Part shown: piece by piece, positions 27,880 to 32,000 of the stretch | How the letters are laid out: each line of letters starts with the position of its first letter | Numbering within the stretch: position 1 is the stretch's first letter | Assembly (NCBI GenBank): GCA_008080745.1 | Contig: SHMX01000001.1 | Coordinates: forward strand, 300,001-332,000 | DNA: 32,000 nt | Reading direction: 5' to 3' | Origin: Candidatus Thorarchaeota archaeon | GTDB lineage: Archaea; Asgardarchaeota; Thorarchaeia; Thorarchaeales; Thorarchaeaceae | Notes under the pieces: model-generated | The model's database searches: none | What the model saw: the letters and a program-made list of their open reading frames with translations, nothing else | Told to the model about the DNA's origin: nothing | Made by a program: the position numbers and the translations under genes

Positions 27880-28694
27880 GCGTCTGCCTCCTTAAGTTCT
27901 TTTACGGTTCGAGGTTTTCTGTGTAGAGCTTCTTTTGCTTCTGTCTGTAGACGGTCAATCATGATTTGAAGTGAGGTTTCCAAGTTCTCACCGTTATCGA
28001 ACTCTTGAACAAACTTTTCCAGTTCTCTGGTTTCCAATTCACGCAACTCGTTGGCAACTTCCACCATGATGGGCATTGCACGGATAATGTTGTCAACAAT
28101 AGTAATATTGGAAAACACAGAAGTCCTGCTCATGGGATTCAAATCAACTGTAACAACTCGTTTTCCGACAGCTCGAAGTGCTTCTGTACGATCTCCATCT
28201 TCCAAGGGGACCAAAACGACATCTGCCTTTGCAATTCCTTCAGAATCAACCTTCCTTCGATTGCTACTCAGTTCCGGAATAGTTTCAGAAGGCCTATCAT
28301 GAGTCCCTAAAACCGTCTTTGCTCCAGCATCATGTAAGACCTTTAGTATTGCATCCTCTCGTTCTTTTCTATAGTAAAAAAGGTTAATCTCAAGAAGTGC
28401 ACCAGTTATTTCTGAAAACTCAACGAGTTCTGTCGGAACCAACGAGCACACATTGCCATTTACGCTGATTACAGGATGGTTAGCGAGTAGTATCTCAGCT
28501 ACTGCTGCGTAAATTGCTTTTTTAGCCTGAGGTGTGGTCGTTTCTCCAATAAGATAATCGAAAGCCTCTCCTCGTCCATGTGCTAGTAATCCAGCAGTTG
28601 CAACAATATGCAGCTGATGTCCCTCGATTATGGTTTCACGTGTTTCAAGTGAAACTTTTCTGGGATGATCATCAGGAATCTCAGTTATATCCAT
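27876..28694 (-). CDS. Archaeal phosphopantothenate synthetase (4-phosphopantoate--beta-alanine ligase)
   Basis: HGRGEAFDYLIGE, SVNGN, VPLEDGDRTEAL and VDLNPMSRT motifs. Confidence 0.93.
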   Translation of the reverse strand: MDITEIPDDHPRKVSLETRETIIEGHQLHIVATAGLLAHGRGEAFDYLIGETTTPQAKKAIYAAVAEILLANHPVISVNGNVCSLVPTELVEFSEITGALLEINLFYYRKEREDAILKVLHDAGAKTVLGTHDRPSETIPELSSNRRKVDSEGIAKADVVLVPLEDGDRTEALRAVGKRVVTVDLNPMSRTSVFSNITIVDNIIRAMPIMVEVANELRELETRELEKFVQEFDNGENLETSLQIMIDRLQTEAKEALHRKPRTVKELKEADA

Positions 28695-29635
28695 TAGAGT
28701 AACCTCCCACCTTCTGTATCAAGTTGCGTGACAAATATCTCATTAGCATTCCAATTTCGGCTTATGAGTGTACTTACTTGACTTATCTCATCTCGTTCAC
28801 AGAAACAAAAAATAGAATTACCAAGCATTACCATTCCAGTCCGTTCAAAACCAACTTCTTTTAGTTCATTTAGAGTCTGTTTTATTCTTTCATTTGCCAA
28901 TCCAACAGAAAAGGCAAACCTCTGTGCACAAGTAATGAAAGTGTCTATTTCGGGAGAGTCAATTATCATTGAAACAAGATTGTCGCCCACACGATTGATA
29001 CGACTGCGATGTTCCGGATTAGTTAGTACTTTACGTGTATCAAGACCAGTACCCCCAGCTAATACCACCTTGAGATCAGAGTCACAAGGTATGTTATGAA
29101 TCGCCCCAATCCCTGGGGCACCAGGTCGAGTGCGAATCTCAAATCCACCAACAGTCTGAGCGATGACATCACCTAGACCACTCTGATTTTCCACTTCAGC
29201 GACATGAGCAAACTGAGCGAGTGTCTGATTATCAAATTCATCAGAAAAGATGTGACCTAAAGCATAAGCTGTACCCAATGCACCAGCACCAGAAGCACCA
29301 AAACCAACACCAATGGGCAGGTCTGAATGGTGTTTCACATGAATGGTGTAAGACTCACTGGTTTCATCAAGCAATCTTTGTGTCACCGTCCTTGTCACAG
29401 GACCTTCAATTCGTACATCGTTGTAATCGACCAGTATCTTGGATATTGTACTCTCAACCACTTCTACTGTAGTAGTAGTACCCATCTGAACAGAGAATCC
29501 AGCACCTGTCGACCCCCGTTGAAGAGGATTGGCTTCTTCATCATAGATTCGGAACAGACCAGTAATGTGTCCCGGAACAAAGGCCTTTGCAGTTCTTCTT
29601 CGGAGAGGCAATGTCTTGTCTATTTCATCTCTCAC
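28694..29635 (-). CDS. Archaeal pantoate kinase (GHMP family)
   Basis: AFVPGHITG, GSTGAG, PIGVGFGASGAG, SGLGDV, MLGNSIF. Confidence 0.93.
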   Translation of the reverse strand: MRDEIDKTLPLRRRTAKAFVPGHITGLFRIYDEEANPLQRGSTGAGFSVQMGTTTTVEVVESTISKILVDYNDVRIEGPVTRTVTQRLLDETSESYTIHVKHHSDLPIGVGFGASGAGALGTAYALGHIFSDEFDNQTLAQFAHVAEVENQSGLGDVIAQTVGGFEIRTRPGAPGIGAIHNIPCDSDLKVVLAGGTGLDTRKVLTNPEHRSRINRVGDNLVSMIIDSPEIDTFITCAQRFAFSVGLANERIKQTLNELKEVGFERTGMVMLGNSIFCFCERDEISQVSTLISRNWNANEIFVTQLDTEGGRLL

Positions 29636-29670
29636 AAGAGGTACTAATAATGTAATTCCATGTATTTATG

Positions 29671-29707
29671 GTTTTAATGGTATGTAATGGTATATTACCA
29701 TTAAAAC
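29671..29707. promoter_or_regulatory. Nested inverted repeat upstream of the pok-pps-panE operon
   Basis: GTTTTAATGGTA (29671-29682) pairs with TACCATTAAAAC (29696-29707). Inner palindrome TAATGGTA-TAT-TACCATTA (29685-29703). Confidence 0.5.
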
Positions 29708-29744
29708 ATCGATGAAACCGTACCAGAAGGAAACGACTCCTCGT

Positions 29745-30584
29745 TTACTTTCGGAGAGGTACTAGACTAACATATTGCTTCTCAGAGGGGTATTCTGCTG
29801 GTGGTGCAGGGTATGCCCATCTGGCATCTATATCTCGTCCGCTTAAATCGTATACTCTAAAACTTCCAGAAGACCATGTCAGAGGGCTAAATCCAAGAAG
29901 AAGAGTCTGGGTTCTCCAGCTAGTTACAACCATGTGACGATTCATGCCTGCAGTAGGAACGACAAGAAATACATTGGAAAGTTCCATGAGAAGAGATGTA
30001 CTTATCCTATAGAAGAAGCTGTATGTTTTTCGATGTTCTTCCGAACCTTGTTGACGTAAATCGTTCAAATATCTCTCAATGGTAGCATCATGAACTGTCG
30101 GATCCATAATATCTGATAGTTCTTCAACATCAACAACTACAGCGGTTTCAAAATAATAGGCAAGAGGAAATTCAGTTATGTGAAAAATGATAAATTTGTC
30201 ACGGGTTATACTATTATAGAGATGTTGGAATATAGACTGTTTTGAATAAAGCATACTCGCATCCAGAGTTGCAGGATTGAAATTTTCGGCTTCGCTTGAA
30301 ACGGCTAGACGAAACATATCATCAAGCATATCCCCATCATAACCAATTCGGACAACATAGTAGGGAGAGTCCTTGCGCGTATCCTCAATTTTTCCGGTCA
30401 CTTTAAGATATTCGTCAAAATCTCTACGGAATGTATCTGCCTCATTATCATTATCTAAGACAAAGAGCGACTGAGTGGGAGTTCCAAAGGCAGAAACAAC
30501 TTTTTCATAAGCTTGGTAGCGAGCTCTTTTCTCAGGTTCGAATCTGCTAAGAATCGTATCCAAATCATGAGAGGAGTTCGCCAA
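29745..30584 (-). CDS. Hypothetical protein (279 aa)
   Basis: Long ORF with protein-like composition; no family recognised. Confidence 0.65.
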   Translation of the reverse strand: MANSSHDLDTILSRFEPEKRARYQAYEKVVSAFGTPTQSLFVLDNDNEADTFRRDFDEYLKVTGKIEDTRKDSPYYVVRIGYDGDMLDDMFRLAVSSEAENFNPATLDASMLYSKQSIFQHLYNSITRDKFIIFHITEFPLAYYFETAVVVDVEELSDIMDPTVHDATIERYLNDLRQQGSEEHRKTYSFFYRISTSLLMELSNVFLVVPTAGMNRHMVVTSWRTQTLLLGFSPLTWSSGSFRVYDLSGRDIDARWAYPAPPAEYPSEKQYVSLVPLRK

Positions 30585-30885
30585 GTATTCCGCACCCGCT
30601 ATAGTTCTGTTCGTTCATTCACTGTTCTGTTGACACAGTTTATATCCCGTGTCAGTTGTCAATGATAGCGCACAATCAATGAGAGATTCCCATAAAGAAG
30701 AACCATTGACATTCTGCAATTGATAACTTGACTCATATATTCTTTGCTCACCTATCTAGCTGATTCAATCCATTGAGTTAAAAAATGAAATTTACAGACC
30801 CGATAAAGAAAGAAATGCTTGAAAATATACCATTAGAATGAAATATCAAGGGAAAAGTCACGAGAGAATGATGAGTGTGATACAT

Positions 30886-32000
30886 ATGCAGCATACATCG
30901 AAACTGATCAAAGGATCATTAAGTTCATTACTTGAGGGGAAATCTATAGCTCTATGCATTACGGGAAGTGTAGCAGCTGTTGAGTGTGTTGCTCTATCAC
31001 GAACTCTAATGCGTCATGGTGCAGAAGTATATACAATAATGAGTTCAGCGGGTCAAAAGATAATTCATCCACATTTAATGGAATGGGCTACAGGTAACCA
31101 AATAGTTACTGAGCTAACAGGTCAAATCGAACACGTGACACTAGCAGGAAAGCATAAAGACCATGTCGATCTCATTCTCGTCGCACCCTCTACTGCCAAT
31201 ACAATTGGAAAAATAGCCAACGGGATTGACGATACACCAGTTACCACCACGGTATCATCAGGAATAGGAGCGAAAATTCCAGTCGTAATTGTTCCAGCAA
31301 TGCATCAATCTATGTATGATCATCCAGCAGTTATGGACAATATTGCAAAACTTCGCGATATTGGAGTGCATGTGATGGCCCCCAGAATGGAAGAGGCCAA
31401 GGCAAAGATTCCCACGGTATCCTCAATAGTAGATTATGTTATAGGTGTGCTTGGACCACAAGACCTTGTTGGAAGGCATTTCCTAATTACTGCAGGCCCC
31501 ACGAGAGGGTGGATCGACCGTGTTCGATTTATTACAAACCCCTCAACGGGAAAAATGGGCATAGCGGTAGCACAGGAAGTTATTGCAAGAGGAGGGGATG
31601 TAACCCTCATTCTAGGACCAACTTCACTTGATGGTCCTGAATATGCTGACATCGTTCATGTTGAAACCTCACAAGACATGCTGGATGCGGTATTAGATAC
31701 TCTGAACAATCATAATGTTGATGTGTTCGTTTCAGCAGCCGCTGTACTCGATTATATCCCTAAAACAAAAGTGGACAAGAAAATGCCCTCTGGAAAGGAT
31801 TCTCTTACTGTAGAATTGGAACCAACGAAGAAAATAATTGAAGAGGCGAGAAAACACCATCCAGAACTATACATAGTGGGTTTTAAAGTAGAATCGGGAG
31901 TTTCCGATGAGGAACTTGAAAAGCGAGCGAGAAAGAAGATTGAAACAGGGATATGTAATATGGTGGTAGCAAACGATGCACTGCGAAAAGGTGTCGCGTT
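30886..32000 (+). CDS. coaBC: Bifunctional phosphopantothenoylcysteine decarboxylase/synthase (runs off window end)
   Basis: Manual translation gives MQHTSKLIKGSLSSLLEGKSIALCITGSVAAVEC...APSTANT...PAMHQSMY...TAGPTR...TNPSTGKMG...SAAAVLDY...VGFKVE. Not in the ORF track because it has no stop in the window. Confidence 0.93.
   Translation, partial: MQHTSKLIKGSLSSLLEGKSIALCITGSVAAVECVALSRTLMRHGAEVYTIMSSAGQKIIHPHLMEWATGNQIVTELTGQIEHVTLAGKHKDHVDLILVAPSTANTIGKIANGIDDTPVTTTVSSGIGAKIPVVIVPAMHQSMYDHPAVMDNIAKLRDIGVHVMAPRMEEAKAKIPTVSSIVDYVIGVLGPQDLVGRHFLITAGPTRGWIDRVRFITNPSTGKMGIAVAQEVIARGGDVTLILGPTSLDGPEYADIVHVETSQDMLDAVLDTLNNHNVDVFVSAAAVLDYIPKTKVDKKMPSGKDSLTVELEPTKKIIEEARKHHPELYIVGFKVESGVSDEELEKRARKKIETGICNMVVANDALRKGVA

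Noticed and set aside
109-31652. Numerous short ORFs antisense to or overlapping long genes (e.g. 940-1161, 2117-2503, 8950-9225, 16153-16623, 31434-31652)
   Set aside because: They are shadow frames of well-supported genes and carry no recognisable motifs.

Overview
Archaeal chromosomal window, most likely from an Asgard archaeon. This is inferred from the tetraether synthase, the archaeal PoK/PPS CoA pathway, an intron-containing tRNA-Gln, a stand-alone divergent EF-2, a roadblock protein and an MglA-like GTPase. Two unusual loci sit in the first 10 kb. (1) An IS607-family element (666-3309) is inserted at a GG dinucleotide in tldD. It carries a truncated serine transposase and an oversized (~689 aa) TnpB/Cas12-like nuclease with intact RuvC motifs and right-end hairpins that could form an omegaRNA. 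(2) The 3' end of the tetraether lipid synthase gene (tes) plus its terminator hairpin occurs three times in tandem, as diverged, mosaic copies. These copies separate two cargo cassettes (secreted + membrane protein; vapBC) and no integrase is present. The remainder holds a TauE + SoxB-like pair, ileS, an M20 peptidase, an EF-2 paralog with an HTG diphthamide loop, tRNA-Gln(CUG), and the pok-pps-panE / coaBC CoA cluster. No CRISPR array or rRNA was seen. All calls come from motif recognition by eye; no database searches were run.
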